Assembly (NCBI GenBank): GCA_002633005.1
Contig: NMRA01000953.1
Coordinates: 25,741 to 89,740 of the forward strand
Direction of reading: 5' to 3'
DNA length: 64,000 nucleotides
Source: Phoronis australis
Lineage: Eukaryota; Animalia; Phoronida
Shown piece after piece: positions 14,441 to 27,600 of this stretch. Numbering within the stretch: position 1 is the first letter of the stretch; each line of letters begins with the position of its first letter. The position numbers and the translations under genes were made by a program. Below the pieces are notes generated by a model. It had not been told where the DNA came from. It saw only the letters and a program-made list of their open reading frames with translations, and ran no database searches.

Positions 14441-16760
14441 CTAAATGACAACAGAAAAGTCCATTTTGTAGTAAACCCCTGACGGTTTCACGGCTGTAAC
14501 CAATCCAAATATTACTCGACTAAGATTCCCAGCAATGTCTTCAGACTTCAAAGAGATTGAAGTCTCTTTAGGTTGACTTGGTTGCAACAAGTCACAAGCG
14601 CCTTGTGAGAGACCTAGACAGACCTCATACAAAAATGCGACTTCTTGGTCAAAGCAGTCTTTCCAGTTGATTACCACAGTGTCATCGATTTCTCGTATAT
14701 CAGGTCCTACAAGAGGCCAGACTTGAGGTTTAAATGCATTTCGATTTAAACTGTATCCGCTTCTTTAAGTTGCTCCGCTCGTATCATACAATGCCATTCC
14801 AAAGTCGCAACCAACGTGTTACGATTCCAAGTTCAGTCTTCAAAAGTGATGCATCTTCTTCAAATTTGGGTTGCAAATAATAAGGGCTTTTGTTCAAGTC
14901 TCGGGGATGAAGAAACATTATGAAAAACAGTTATGCAGATCTAATGGAAAGTAGTCTTGAATTTATGAAAGAGGTAAAGCAACTTTCAGTGGCCATGTCT
15001 CTAATCATCAAGCAATACAGACGTTTCGTTGTCTGTTTGACTTGTTTCTAATCAGATAAAACCGTAGGAAAAGTTTAATGAAAGTTGGGCAAATATCTAC
15101 ACGTATATATCTTTGAACTTCTAACGGTCCAGAAGTGCCTAAGTGACCCATTGTTTGGAACACGGTGATGGCTGTTGCCCGTGAAATCAAAATTCTTTCC
15201 ATGACAAATATTAATGATGAAACTTTCCTGTTCTATTCCTCCTGTAGACCCATATCTTTGAGCAGCTTCCAGGTTTTCAAAGCTGCTACAAAGCTGCCTT
15301 TGTCTCAACATTAACTTTTGATTGAGACCACTTATACCTGGGAAGCTGGTCTAAACTTGTTCCCAATAACATAGAAATCACGTGGTTTCTAGGGATTGGG
15401 AAGTGGTCAGATACCTTTTCTCATATAAGTTAATTACAAATCGTTACAGAATATATGGGTAAGTGGTATAATCAAAAGTCGTGTTTTTGATGGAATGCTT
15501 GTTTGTATCATTTTTAATACATTAGAGTATTTTAGTGCCTCACGTACCTAATTTAACAAAAACGAAAACTTTTAATGTAAAACTAATAAAAACCAAGCTC
15601 GACGGTGCATTCTTTGATGTTACTCTCGCTGTCCTGTGCTCTCCATGATGTTAGTATGGAAACGGTGTTATTCACATTTGATGGAAAAACCTCGATACTG
15701 ATGTTTGATATTGCAGGTGATGAGTGGTCAAGTACAGTTTCCTTTGATTGAAAATATGACCTGACACCAGCATTATTTTATGAAATGACTGTTGCGTAGA
15801 GAGGTGAACCGTGGGGTAGGAAGCATCGTAAGTCACGTGCTGTTGTATGCCGATGTTATGAAGAGCGAAAGCCACCAGATGTCGTGCCAATGCCGACAAG
15901 ATGCCTGTGGATCCCACTTTCGCGATCTTTAATATCTAAAGTGAGCTCAACAGTAAGGGGACTTAACTGGCGAAGGTACACACTGCTACTATCTTTACTC
16001 TCTTTTGTACATTTCCGTAACGATATAGAAATTGACGTTGTATCTCCTTCTATTGACAAAACCAATTCGTACACGGCAGTGTTTTCGACACAAAACCTGA
16101 AGCTTGCTACGGACCTTTCGGTAAAGTATAGTTCTTTTCGCGAATCTAAGAATAACATGAATGCTTGAACTTTGGTTTTGTTTGATGAGAAAATGAGCTC
16201 ATACGTCTCACGAGCGTCCAGTATCAGCCTACATATATAGATCTTCTTTTTATCCACATCATTTATCGACGTAATGTGTGAACTGTCCCCAGACCAAGCC
16301 TCACAGTTGAAACCTTCTGGAGGCGTTATGTCAATAAGGAGGGAATCTGATTGGACGTCTTCAGACACATGACCAGTTGCATCTTCTGCTTTTACATGGA
16401 CGTTGTACGCCATGCTGTGCTTTAAATTCAAGTGACACAGCTCAACCGTGTCTTGATGACCGATACAGTGTATTGTCTTATGTGCGAATGTAGATCATCA
16501 AATCCATTCCAAGATGCGTCAATGCAAGACGTGTTTGAGCTCGAATATTTACTTGAGAAATGATTTACATTAAAGACAATGCCACTCGTGGGAGGTTTAT
16601 TGTTGATAACCACTCCAACTGACGTAAAGATCGTGTATAACCCGACTTTGGTGATTGCCTTAACAGTCGTAAAATACTTCTCGCCCCTGTTTGAGTTTCA
16701 GATCAGTGGCAGTGAACGATGTTCGAGTTGTCTTCATTTTGGGCATGACGGAGTCGTCTG
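14441..16760 (-). pseudogene. Pseudogene fragment: C-terminal repeats of a giant FN3-like repeat protein
   Basis: Repeat motifs TSFTATDLKLKQG/GEKYFTTVKAITKVGLYT...VVINNKPPTSGIV, IDASWNGFDDLHSHIRQYTV, YNVHVKAEDATGHVS...LLIDITPP, DRESGIHRHLVGIGTTSGG, LYEVCLGLSQGACDLLQ...VTAVKPSGVY. Frameshifts near 16688, 16430 and 15865, plus in-frame stops. Confidence 0.75.
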
Positions 16761-17639
16761 TTGAAAGAAATCAGAACGTGATATTGCTTTGTTATTGCCC
16801 CACTTTTGAAGGAATCAGTGAGATAATGTTTGTACTTTAACCACAAATTCTTGCGCCACATTTATGCTAAAAATTAATTGAAAACTCGTATTTTTGTTTT
16901 TTAGGGTTACTTTCGTTGAGATTCAATGATTCCTTATTATTTTCTTGATTGCAGGCTTTAAAGCAGCAGTACAAATTACTTCAAGCCAGCAGTGGATAGA
17001 ACTGATAATTTAACCACCCGGCATCATCAAATACCCATCACTTCAAAGAAAATTAAAACACTTATAAATGATTAATGTCATTATCATCAAGTGAGTAAAA
17101 CAACAATTTTTTATTTACATCCACGAATTTAAAACACGGTGTGAGTTTTGGCAGGCGTAAAATATTACCAATGTACTTTATAAACATTTCAACTCAGTGT
17201 ATGTTTGCCTTATTTCACTTATAATTTAAATGTATTTTTTTTAAAGTGTGCGGGTTTCCTCGGACAACCGATTACGTGTGATGCTGTCGAGTAAGTACCA
17301 CTGTCACCCACTACATCCAACATTTAAGCAGGTGTTGCAACACCAAAAATAAACAGTGAACTAAATAGTGATATGATTACACTCAATTAAATTTGAAAAT
17401 ATTTGAAGTTCCATTGCGTGAGCATTATTTGTGTTGAAGCTTCTCTCGATTAACTCATGTTAAACTCCTTCCTCTGGTTCCATACCAATAAACGCTACAT
17501 CAGCAGGTTAACAAATTTGATGTTTTTTCACAAATAAAAGTATTAACTTAATGGAAGGGTCATCGTTGATAAAATGAAGTGGAAAATGTATGGAACATGC
17601 AAGTATTTAAGCATATCCTGCCGACTTCTCTCATAAGCC

Positions 17640-18362
17640 AATTAGCGGTGTTCGTTAGAACCCGGCACTGTGTATTGATTCATTTTGACCTTGTAACTAC
17701 CACAAACAACATTTTGATTTACAAGACATTGTCAACAATGTGTCCCAAAGAGTAGCTGTCTTCTTGAGCGTGACTGTGCAGACAGTTTACGTGTCAAAGT
17801 AGAACTTGCACGCTAATTCCTTATCTCTGTGATTCCTGTGAATTTAGAAACACAACATATATAGCAACACACTAGATGAGAACGTCGTTTTTAATATCCG
17901 TTAATTAACCAAAATCGTGTTTGGTATACTTTAACATGTCTGTTAGTATTTTTAAGAACAGTAATTGTGTAGAGCTTTCTTAACACTTGGGTTTTCAAAG
18001 TTTTTAAAATGAGTTCACTTTATTATATTCAGCATGTACAAAACGAACCTGGACATCTTGTAAATCACAAAGAAAGTTCTTACCCTTCCAGTTCACAGGC
18101 AACTGTCAATGCTCTGACACGTTTGTAATATTATGCATCTGCTACTACATGTAACAGTGTATTCAGGAAATGAGGAGGGTATAATTTCAGAACTGCAGGA
18201 TTATAAAAGAACCATAAAATACAAACAACAATGAATGCGTATTAAATACACTCGTTATTTAAAGAAGAACAAAGAACAGGCCATGTAAATTTGAAAAACT
18301 CACCTTGCTTCCAATCTTAATACCAGGAAATACAAAAAGAACAAGTGGATCACGACAGACAT
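17640..18362 (-). pseudogene. Degraded 5' end of a secreted-protein gene (signal-peptide exon 18362-18304 plus decayed exons)
   Basis: ATG at 18362 gives MSVVIHLFFLYFLVLRLEA then AG|GTGAGT. Downstream exon-like segments (~18138-18084, ~17835-17640) contain stops and an SRSRR-type basic site. Confidence 0.35.
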
Positions 18363-20483
18363 ATTCCTTTACGAAATGCTGGTGTGTCCATATGATAGTA
18401 CCTGATTAGACTAGACGCGGTTCAAACCTGTTACTTGGTCTGACGCTATGTTTTCATGATAAGGTAATCGCGTCGTGAAGCTTATTGACAACTGCCAGTT
18501 TGATACTCAATTTATAATTTTTAAGTAAACTTTCCGGGTGTTCATTTTAGTTGTGCGTAATTTTATGCGAGCCTGTTAAATTTCTTTAGCAAACGCAATA
18601 TTGGCTCGCTTCTCATGGAAACTTCCAGAAATGTTACTATAAAATTTATGGGCATACAGTATTAGTTGTAAAAGAATATTAGGCTATTAAACGCATATTC
18701 ACATATATAAATACATGTGAACGTATGCGCAATTCTATTTTTGACAAACAGGCATTATTTAGCTTAGAACAGAAAGGTTTCGCCTAACATCGATCTTATA
18801 TAAGACAATCTGGCGCGTGTGTCAGTGTGTGTGTGTTTGTACGCTGGTATACATGCTTACAAGTTAAAATTATTGCTATAATAATTTGGGCAATATTTCC
18901 ATGTTGCCCATATACTTTTTAATACTTCGATTTCTGAGCAGTATTGCAGTATTAACATATACCCGAGAAATAAAATTTAAACAATAAAAATGTTCATTGT
19001 AAACGATTCCAATCTAATATTTTGTGTTACTGACAACATGCTTGCCATTGTCTTTCTCTTGGAAACTGTCCCACTATTTGTGTTTTTCCCGCCATCCCGC
19101 CGCATAATGTCCCGCTTTTTGCCTAATGGCGAAACTGACATATTATTATCAAATTATTGTAATTTCCCACGCAACACAGCCATGTTTCACTGTTCGACTA
19201 AAAAGAAAAATCGGGAAGTTTCATGGATTTTTGCGGCACCTATAATTTCACATTCGCCTTACAAAACACCGTCGAGCGCTTATGGTTGTTGGACAAAAAA
19301 CGTTGCCGGTTAGTCTGTGTCTTTTTAGCGAACATTGCGTTTTGGCATAGATCCAAATGTCTCGCTCTTTTATCCGAAGGTCTCGTTTTTCAGTCCAGGT
19401 TTTAGTTCATTATTTTCATTCTCGAATTCTCACCGTGGTAACTGTGCAATATGCGTTCAGAATGACATTTTTAATTTGTTTTGAACACTGCTATTTTCCA
19501 GAATCACTTTCTTTAGTGAAATCACCTTCGAGAAAATGTCACAATTTCTCTTGTTTAAGGTAATATACAATACATTTACCGGGATCACTAAATTTTACTT
19601 TCTGAAGAAATGAGTTTATTTCTAAGCTTTTGTGGAAATCCAGCATTGCAACCCACATAATGAGCTATCCACAGTACATGTACATATGAAAGCTACACAA
19701 TGGATGTTTTTGTTCGGTTTTCTTTCAGAAAACTCTTATCTGTGAATTTCGAATAGGTGGTTGGAGCAATTAGTTGGTCACCCTTGTTGCGTCTTGAATC
19801 TTTACTGAACAATGTAAATGTATCAAGTGGTATCAAAGATCCAATTAACAAATAGAGTTGTATAGTGTTGGATGAGTACCTGACTAAATTCATAACAACA
19901 ATGAGGAATACATATTCTAAAATATTTGTTAAGAATCTTTGAATAGTTCACACCAGCGTAGCAAACACAGATACTGAGTTTACAAAGGAGTTGCCGTCGC
20001 CCGACCGAAAAAACAGGGTACATGTAATTATTGCGACTAATGTAACTGTGAAGACAACCTGCCTTGGACGTCATTTTCATTGCCAATCATAAAGAGCTTC
20101 GGCTTCACGTTCAACGCGACCATGCACGTGACAGTCAGCAGAGGTCACAATGAACGGGGTGTGGAAGGAAAATAAAAAGGGCTTGAGTTAAATGACAGGG
20201 GAGTAATACTTTTGAGAAGAACGTGGATGTCTAGGCCTACTTGTGATCCCCTTCCTCTTGGGTAAGCGGGTTCAAGTCACTGTAGTTTGTCCGAGTCTCT
20301 GCGGCATAGCGTGGGGCGTGGTGAGAGAGTTGGGCAGTTATTCCCAGTGGCCCAAAGATGAATGGGGAAACAGGCGGTGACATAGGATACTTAGTGGGTT
20401 ACAACTCATGTTGTACATATACGCGAGATCAGTTGTCTCCAAGTTGTTACCGTCCGTGTGACAAAACTGAACGCGAAAATTAA

Positions 20484-21202
20484 CATTGTGACGTAAACTA
20501 CCAAAGAGTTTGTGTTTGCGCCAACGTGTTGCCGGAGTTCTCTCATGAGACAGTATAAACCGTTCATACTATCAAGGTACTACCATCGGAAACTAAGTCC
20601 GTAGCTGGTCGCATAGAAATCGGTAGACACGCATCCTTCGTTTACATGTTATAATAATTAAGATAATCAAAAGTATTTGTCGGTAACCGGCTGATGAGCG
20701 CCCAAGGTACGATATGAATGGAATCTGTATTAGGACATCCTAGAAAGAGTCAACAATGGTAGCGTCCCATAGGTGATATCCATGCGACGCGCTTAGTCCT
20801 ACGCTCGCAGCATGGATGTAACAATTTAAAGAATGCCTTGCANCATTGTGACGTAAACTACCAAAGAGTTTGTGTTTGCGCCAACGTGTTGCCGGAGTTC
20901 TCTCATGACACAGTATAAACCGTTCATACTATCAACGTACTACCATCGGAAACTAAGTCCGTAGCTGGTCGCATAGAAATCGGTAGACACGCATCCTTCG
21001 TTTACATGTTATAATAATTAAGATAATCAAAAGTATTTGTCGGTAACCGGCTGATGAGCGCCCAAGGTACGATATGAATGGAATCTGTATTAGGACATCC
21101 TAGAAAGAGTCAACAATGGTAGCGTCCCATAGGTGATATCCATGCGACGCGCTTAGTCCTACGCTCGCAGCATGGATGTAACAATTTAAAGAATGCCTTG
21201 CA
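20484..21202. repeat. 359-bp direct duplication across a single N (20843); probable assembly/haplotype overlap
   Basis: 20484-20842 and 20844-21202 are identical apart from two substitutions I could find (catgaga/catgaca, caaggtac/caacgtac). Confidence 0.9.
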
Positions 21203-21693
21203 GACTCCATATGACGTCATCTGGCGTAGCAATTCACCTCTGAGTGAGTGTAAACATAGTCGAGTTTATCACAGAATGGATGCATGAAACTACTCTGAAT
21301 TATTTGGAGTTGTGCCACGAAGCATCATGACTTGCGCATGATTTGCAGAAATTTGACGTTTTGTTGATCACAAGCGGATTTGTAATCCAGGCGATCCTGG
21401 GTTAAGTAGGCAATCTTCAGTTTCAGGCATTCGGCTGAGTTAGGATTGAGTTTCACTTCGACTGGAGCATGAAATGGGCTCGTGCATGCTGTCGGCTTAC
21501 ACGCATAATTTATAATGAAAATTATGTTTTATACAATTATTGTTCAGCTTCTGTGACTTCAACTAACACACCTCAATTCTAAGTACTTGTTGTCTGCATG
21601 TAATGGCAAAGTTAATGATTAGAGGCCACCAACTCACACTTTATAGATCGCATATTGATCCTAATATGGTGCATAAAGCCAACACATACAAAA

Positions 21694-24600
21694 TCAGTTT
21701 TTAGTAAGCCATGTCATTTCCCAGTTGTGCACGTCAGCCATTCGTTTGTTTCTGACTTCCGAGAGCTCGACACTTCGACGAAGCCTATGCTTAGCTATTC
21801 TAACGACACTGAATGGCGCAATGGAAACTCTACTCCATCTTGGACACTCCCCGGTTGCCCAGAATTCAGTCGTTCTGGACAGGTTATCTTGTATTTTTTC
21901 CTTGTTGACGTTCTCACTGACATGTATTGTGACGAATGAAATGTTTTGGTTGAAAACCAGCAGAATCTGAAGTGAAACAATATAACACAGCGCTATTAAT
22001 TTTATTCCAAAAACATAGTGATATTCATCAAAGATTCTTGAGGAAAATTGCGATGTCACGCTTCAAAAGGTAACCAAAATTCCACGGATTGATACAATAA
22101 TGAATAATTTTTGTGTGGATAACTATCGAAGTCAGATTCGTGCGATTGAATAACAAATGTGTAAAACGAAACACACAGAATTACCTTAAGAACATTTCTT
22201 AGGGCAGAAAAGTCTCGATCTTTTTCGATGTAGACATTGACTTCACCAACAGCACTCATGGCTAGAAACTGCTCGAGCAAGTTTAGTGACGGGTTCGGGT
22301 TGTCTCGACTGTCATAAATCATCTCTTCAATACTTGCACCAGTCTTCGGCTTGTACCTCGTCATTAACAGTTCCTCTGAAATAAGCGGTCACAGGTACAG
22401 ACTGATTCCTTAGGATTTTAAACATATGTAATAGTATGACTGTGCTTACTTTTAATAGTTGTTAATTTATTGGAAAAAATCCTTGGTAACGAAGTTACGT
22501 GTACACAGTTACCTTAACGATGTTCATCACGGTATGCAAACATACATGTACATGGACATGTGCATGGTGTTGTACGAACAGTGTTGTTTCTAAGAGAGCA
22601 AAAATTCTGACAAAATACTTTGTATATACATGCATATACAATGAGTTCCTCAGAATGAAATTGACATAATTTTCGAGACTCTGACTAACTTGGCGTTTTT
22701 CTCATCAGCCTTTAATTGACAGCTTAGCAATTGTAATAAACCGACACATTTTCGAATTTCAGTCACACTTTACTTTGAACTATAGCTATTTTTTGTAATG
22801 GAACTTCCAAGGCCAAATGTGTTACCGCGATTTTGACAAAGTGCACGTGGCCTCTTTTGTCAAGATTTTGTTGAGAATTTGTGGGAATTGAAACGTGATC
22901 TAATCGAAAAGAAATGAATATTCGATATTGAGCGACGAAACTTAAACAGACGAATTTCGATGATCTATGGTTTGGTTTGAAAACTGGTGTTGGCTGCTAT
23001 GCAACAAGACGACACCGCATGCTTTTCACGTCACTAAGGTATAATTCACTTATCAGACAAGACTCTAAAGTACACAATTTAAAAGAACACAATCAATTTC
23101 TAAACATCCAGAATACCTACTTAGAAACGAGTATATCTGCGTGTTTTCCAAGCATAGCGAAGTGTCACATGCCAGAGAATGGACGCTTGAGTTCGTGTTC
23201 GCTGAATTAAAGAAACTCGTCTTCTCCACGTTTCCAAAAGGAATGCTGGCCTTTGCAACAAAGTTGGACAGAAACTTCAAGCAAGATGCAACTTTTTTCT
23301 CCCATATTTTGCCTAAAATAGAAGGAGCGATTACTCTCTACCATAAAGTTTCCGGTGAGCTAACCTGTGGCGTTGCTTTACGCTTAACGAGGCCTGTGCC
23401 CGAATGTATGAAACAGTCCCAAATAGGGACTAAGTTCCCAAATCTTTTGCGTATTTGTTTCGCTCTATACTCTTAGGCGTATAGTTTTTATGGCATTATC
23501 TTGAGCTCTTTTTTGACTAATGACATCTTCCAATAATATATATATAACTGAAAACACCCATAATTCAGTTAAAATAATTAGAAAGTTAGTCCTTAAACTA
23601 CAGGCGTTGCATAAAAAGATCCATAATAATCATATTTTAATATTCTTAAAAGAATTCAACGTGGAGTTCACTTTCGGTTTTTTATCAAAGTCAACAATTG
23701 ACTTAGTAATATGACTCAAACAGCATAAGAGGGGACAATCAGTATTTTCACAAGCCAACAAATGCGCTTTAGATTAAGAGAACTTAGTTGAGTCCCTATT
23801 TGAGACAGTTTCATGCAACCGGCCACTGGAGCGCGAAAAACAGGCGAACTTGCATTACATACATGTATCCACGGTTTCTTCGTACAGATTTTTGAATTGC
23901 TATTGACAACAAAGGATTAATCTTCTATTTTTAAATTTCAAAAAAAAAACAATCTGGCAATTTCTCGTCACTTCGTCGGTTTTTCTCCCACAAGACGTAG
24001 CCGTATCACATTTCCCTTATACGGGAAATGCGACCTTTTGCCTTTGATGTAAACTAGACAATGGCGATTTCAAGAAGTAGCCACACTCCGATAAAGAGGC
24101 AATTAAGATATAGTGTATGTCCTAACTGTTTAAAGTTATTTATAAAGGTTTCGTACAGTAGTATTCAAATATAGCCTAGAATCCTTTTTGGGAAATCGCT
24201 TGCTTCAGTGCCTTGCCTCGTACTATGCTGTCGACATCAGATTTGAATTTCAATGACGCATGATACTCTTCTGTTAACAGCCATTTTTTCAGTCAACAGT
24301 TTGTCAAATATCTGCGTTTATCTTCAATGGGAGAATATTGTGGTGAGCGTACATGTATTTGAAAAATCTCCTCAGTGGATAAAAGTGAATGACTCTGTAT
24401 TAGGTGTTGCGAGATGGCGCTTGGGTCAGGAATTGCTTAAAAAATATTTTGACGAGCTTTTGCGTTGCAGGCTTCTTTAGAAGCGGAGCAATATGATGAA
24501 AGCTCGAAGGTCACCGTTTAATAATAAATGTTATGCAGTATATAGAGCCACCATTGCAGTGAATATCGTCTCCTCTATTCGAGACCAGGCATCGCCGGCC

Positions 24601-27600
24601 AAAACACCACAGGAGTAACCAAATCACGTAAACTCATCAAAGCCACAAGATGTGAGTGGTCACTCATGACTACATGTAGTTTGAGGACTCAATTCTAAAG
24701 AAACCATGATTAATAAAAACACAAGAAAATCAAAACAAAGATTCACCGAATCCGAGGCCGGGTCCGCAGTTGGTGACAAAACATTCTTTCAAATATTTTT
24801 CTGTCGAGTAGAGCTGGTTGCCTTTGTTTTTCAAATTATCCTTCAACTTAACCACGCCTTGATTTCGATCCTTGAGAGTTTCTTTACAGAAGTCGATCCT
24901 TTTCGAAAATGCTAATCTGAAATTTTTTCAAAGAACAGAAAAAGACTGAGTAGATGAAATTGAGACTGCTGCATAGAACAATGCTTTACAATGTATCTAA
25001 GTTTAAACCTCTATCTTATTGTTTTACAGGAATGTAAATATGTGAAAATAGATTTTTGGATAAAAGAACGTCCCAATCCGTGATTATCTGACGCCATACA
25101 GAACGATTTGAAATCATTGTCGGTACTTCCATTTATTCCAAAGTGAAACAGTTTGATAAAAACTAACATAATACACAGCAATTAAGAAGAATCTTAAATA
25201 CAGTCATAAAAACTTTGTGATGTATTTCAGGAAACATCAGTGGGAGTAATACAACGGCGATCATTTTTAAAATGTTACTTCTTCTTGCTGAATGGCTGTG
25301 AAATGAAGTAAAACTTCTGTCCATATTTTGGTTCCTTGCAAGCTCTGCCATCATTGACAGGGTCAATGAGAGATCCACCTAAAATAGTCGTGATTCGTAG
25401 TTAAAGAGGTAGACGTAATATATGTGTTAATGCTATTAAAGCGGTTAGGATTGTGATGGTACATCTTTAAGAGGACAGGCAATGTCATCCATCCCGTCTT
25501 ACTGTAGAAACAAATCTATTCAAATGAGCTTGTGGTGACAAGTATGGGCTTCGTTTGAACAAAGAAACCCATGCACCTCAGTCACGACATGTGTTTATTA
25601 ACAGTATTTCAACGATACCCCCACGTTAATAATCGTGCATGTAGCTCACGTGAAATGAAAAAGATGGCGCAACCCTAGTGTTTTGTGGACCTTTTCATTG
25701 AGCAGCGAACCCCATCGCCCATCCAAGACGATTCCAATCTACACTAACTTGGTGATAGACACCTTGTATTAAATGTTAAGTAGAACGCAGAAACATGATA
25801 CCTGCGCTCAACTACTTCTCATAGTTGCTCTTATGATGCATGTGCGGTGAATCGGGACAGTAAACTTTAAAACATATCCAAGAGAATTGGTAACATGTAC
25901 CTTTGGTGAAAGTGACACCAACAACTCACGGCATCCCTAATGAAGCAGTGTATATGCCACCTCAGTGTACTGTACTTAGCCGAGTTTTACTTAAAGTGTA
26001 TTAAAAGTAGGCTATAATAGATGGATACGGTGGAATAAATCACATATGTTGCATCTTAGAAACAAGTGGAACAATACCTTTGTTTACAACACTAGCAAAC
26101 GACTCCAGGTTCTTAAACCATGGCGTTGCTTCTGCTTCCCACACCTTCATCCGTGCAGCATTATCAACCAGTGGCTGAGGACTCAAATCGACGTATAGTT
26201 TGTTGCGATGTGCACCCAAACCAAGGGTCATGTGTTCAGTGTTGAATACACGCAGACAACTACGAGCCACGACGTGGGCTAAGTCGTATAGTAGTTCAGA
26301 ATTTGTAACGGACAATTCAACTGCTTGCCCGGTTTGGAAACGATACCGTTCTTCCTTATGTCGGAAGTCTATGTCTCTATTGTTTATGTATCGCGTCCGG
26401 TAGCCTGATCCTTCCAGAATGCGGAAATTTGGAAATTTACTTTTCACGATTTCGAGACACTCCAGCAACTTGACGTCCAGTCTAAAATACCTCTTTCCAG
26501 GATAAGCGAAGTCTTCGATTAGGAAATGCTCCGACAGATGGAGCTTCCTTTGTGAACCGTCTAGAAGCTTTATGATGCGACTCTCCTCTTTCAGACGTTT
26601 AGGATATGAATATTCATGACGTACATGATCAGGCAAACCTGCTACAAAGAGCTGAGTCAAAGGGAATGAGACCAGTTCTCCGACCGCGTCTTGTTGTGGC
26701 TTTACACAAACCTCTATATCATTGTTGCCGATAACTTTAACGTAGTCGAACCCAGCGCACTGTGCCAGCGAGGACAGTCGCGAAAGGTCACTCGATCTCC
26801 CGTTCAGTAAGCGAAGCTTCGCAGCTCTGAAAAAATTGCAGTTTGAAACAAGTTGTCGCAAGCAAATCAAGTCCTGGTGCCTAATTTTTAATTCTTTAAC
26901 TCTAACTTAATTTTGGTTCAATTGTATAGGTCCAACATATGAGTTTTGTTAGTCTGTGCCCGAGCCAGTACACGACAAATGTGTAATCCTAGGTTGCACT
27001 TGACGACCCAAGCAGCTGTAATTTCTAGTCTGCGCTCAAAATCTCAAATCTGTTCTCCAATGTGTAGCTTGAATCCAGGGCTCATCGTGTAATACCTCCG
27101 AGTAGATAGAAACATCTTCATAAATCACAACTGATTGCTCGTAACAAAAGGAAGTGTCCATTTCTAGTTTTACAGACTCTTGCTCATCATTTTCAGAGAG
27201 TATAAGAGATAAAATTAACAACGTTTCAGTAGGCTGTAAACCCGCTTTGCAATCAGCCCAGCACCAGCAACACCGATAACCACATTATAATCCAGAAACA
27301 ACGGTGTCATCCAACACTTGCCCTACCTTCCTTCTGTATATAACGTGCTTTCGGATTTATCCACATAAGAGTTCGATGTCGGTTCTTTCCAAGCATTCTG
27401 GACTTGAAGTGTTCGGGTGTCTGCAAAGAAGCTGGTTAAGTTTCTGTATCACGCTATGTCCACAAGAACACAGCGCTTAGAAGAATGTCCGTATTAATTC
27501 TGTTGTGTATTTAATTTTTGGTGTGTACTAATTTCGATGTTGTTTACTCCGCTTACACGTACGCAAATATGTATGTGTTCAAACTTAGCAGTGGGCTTAT

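Noticed and set aside
25163-25378. ORF-track protein MDLSLTLSMMAELARN... as a separate membrane protein
   Set aside because: The same DNA read in another frame (GGSLIDPVNDGRACKEPKYGQKFYF) is the exon that restores phase between 26078 and 24916.
27036-27312. Coding-looking intronic segment (YNVVIGVAGAGLIAKRVY; ESVKLEMDTSFCYEQ)
   Set aside because: It is interrupted by stops, not needed for the gene model and not assignable to a family.
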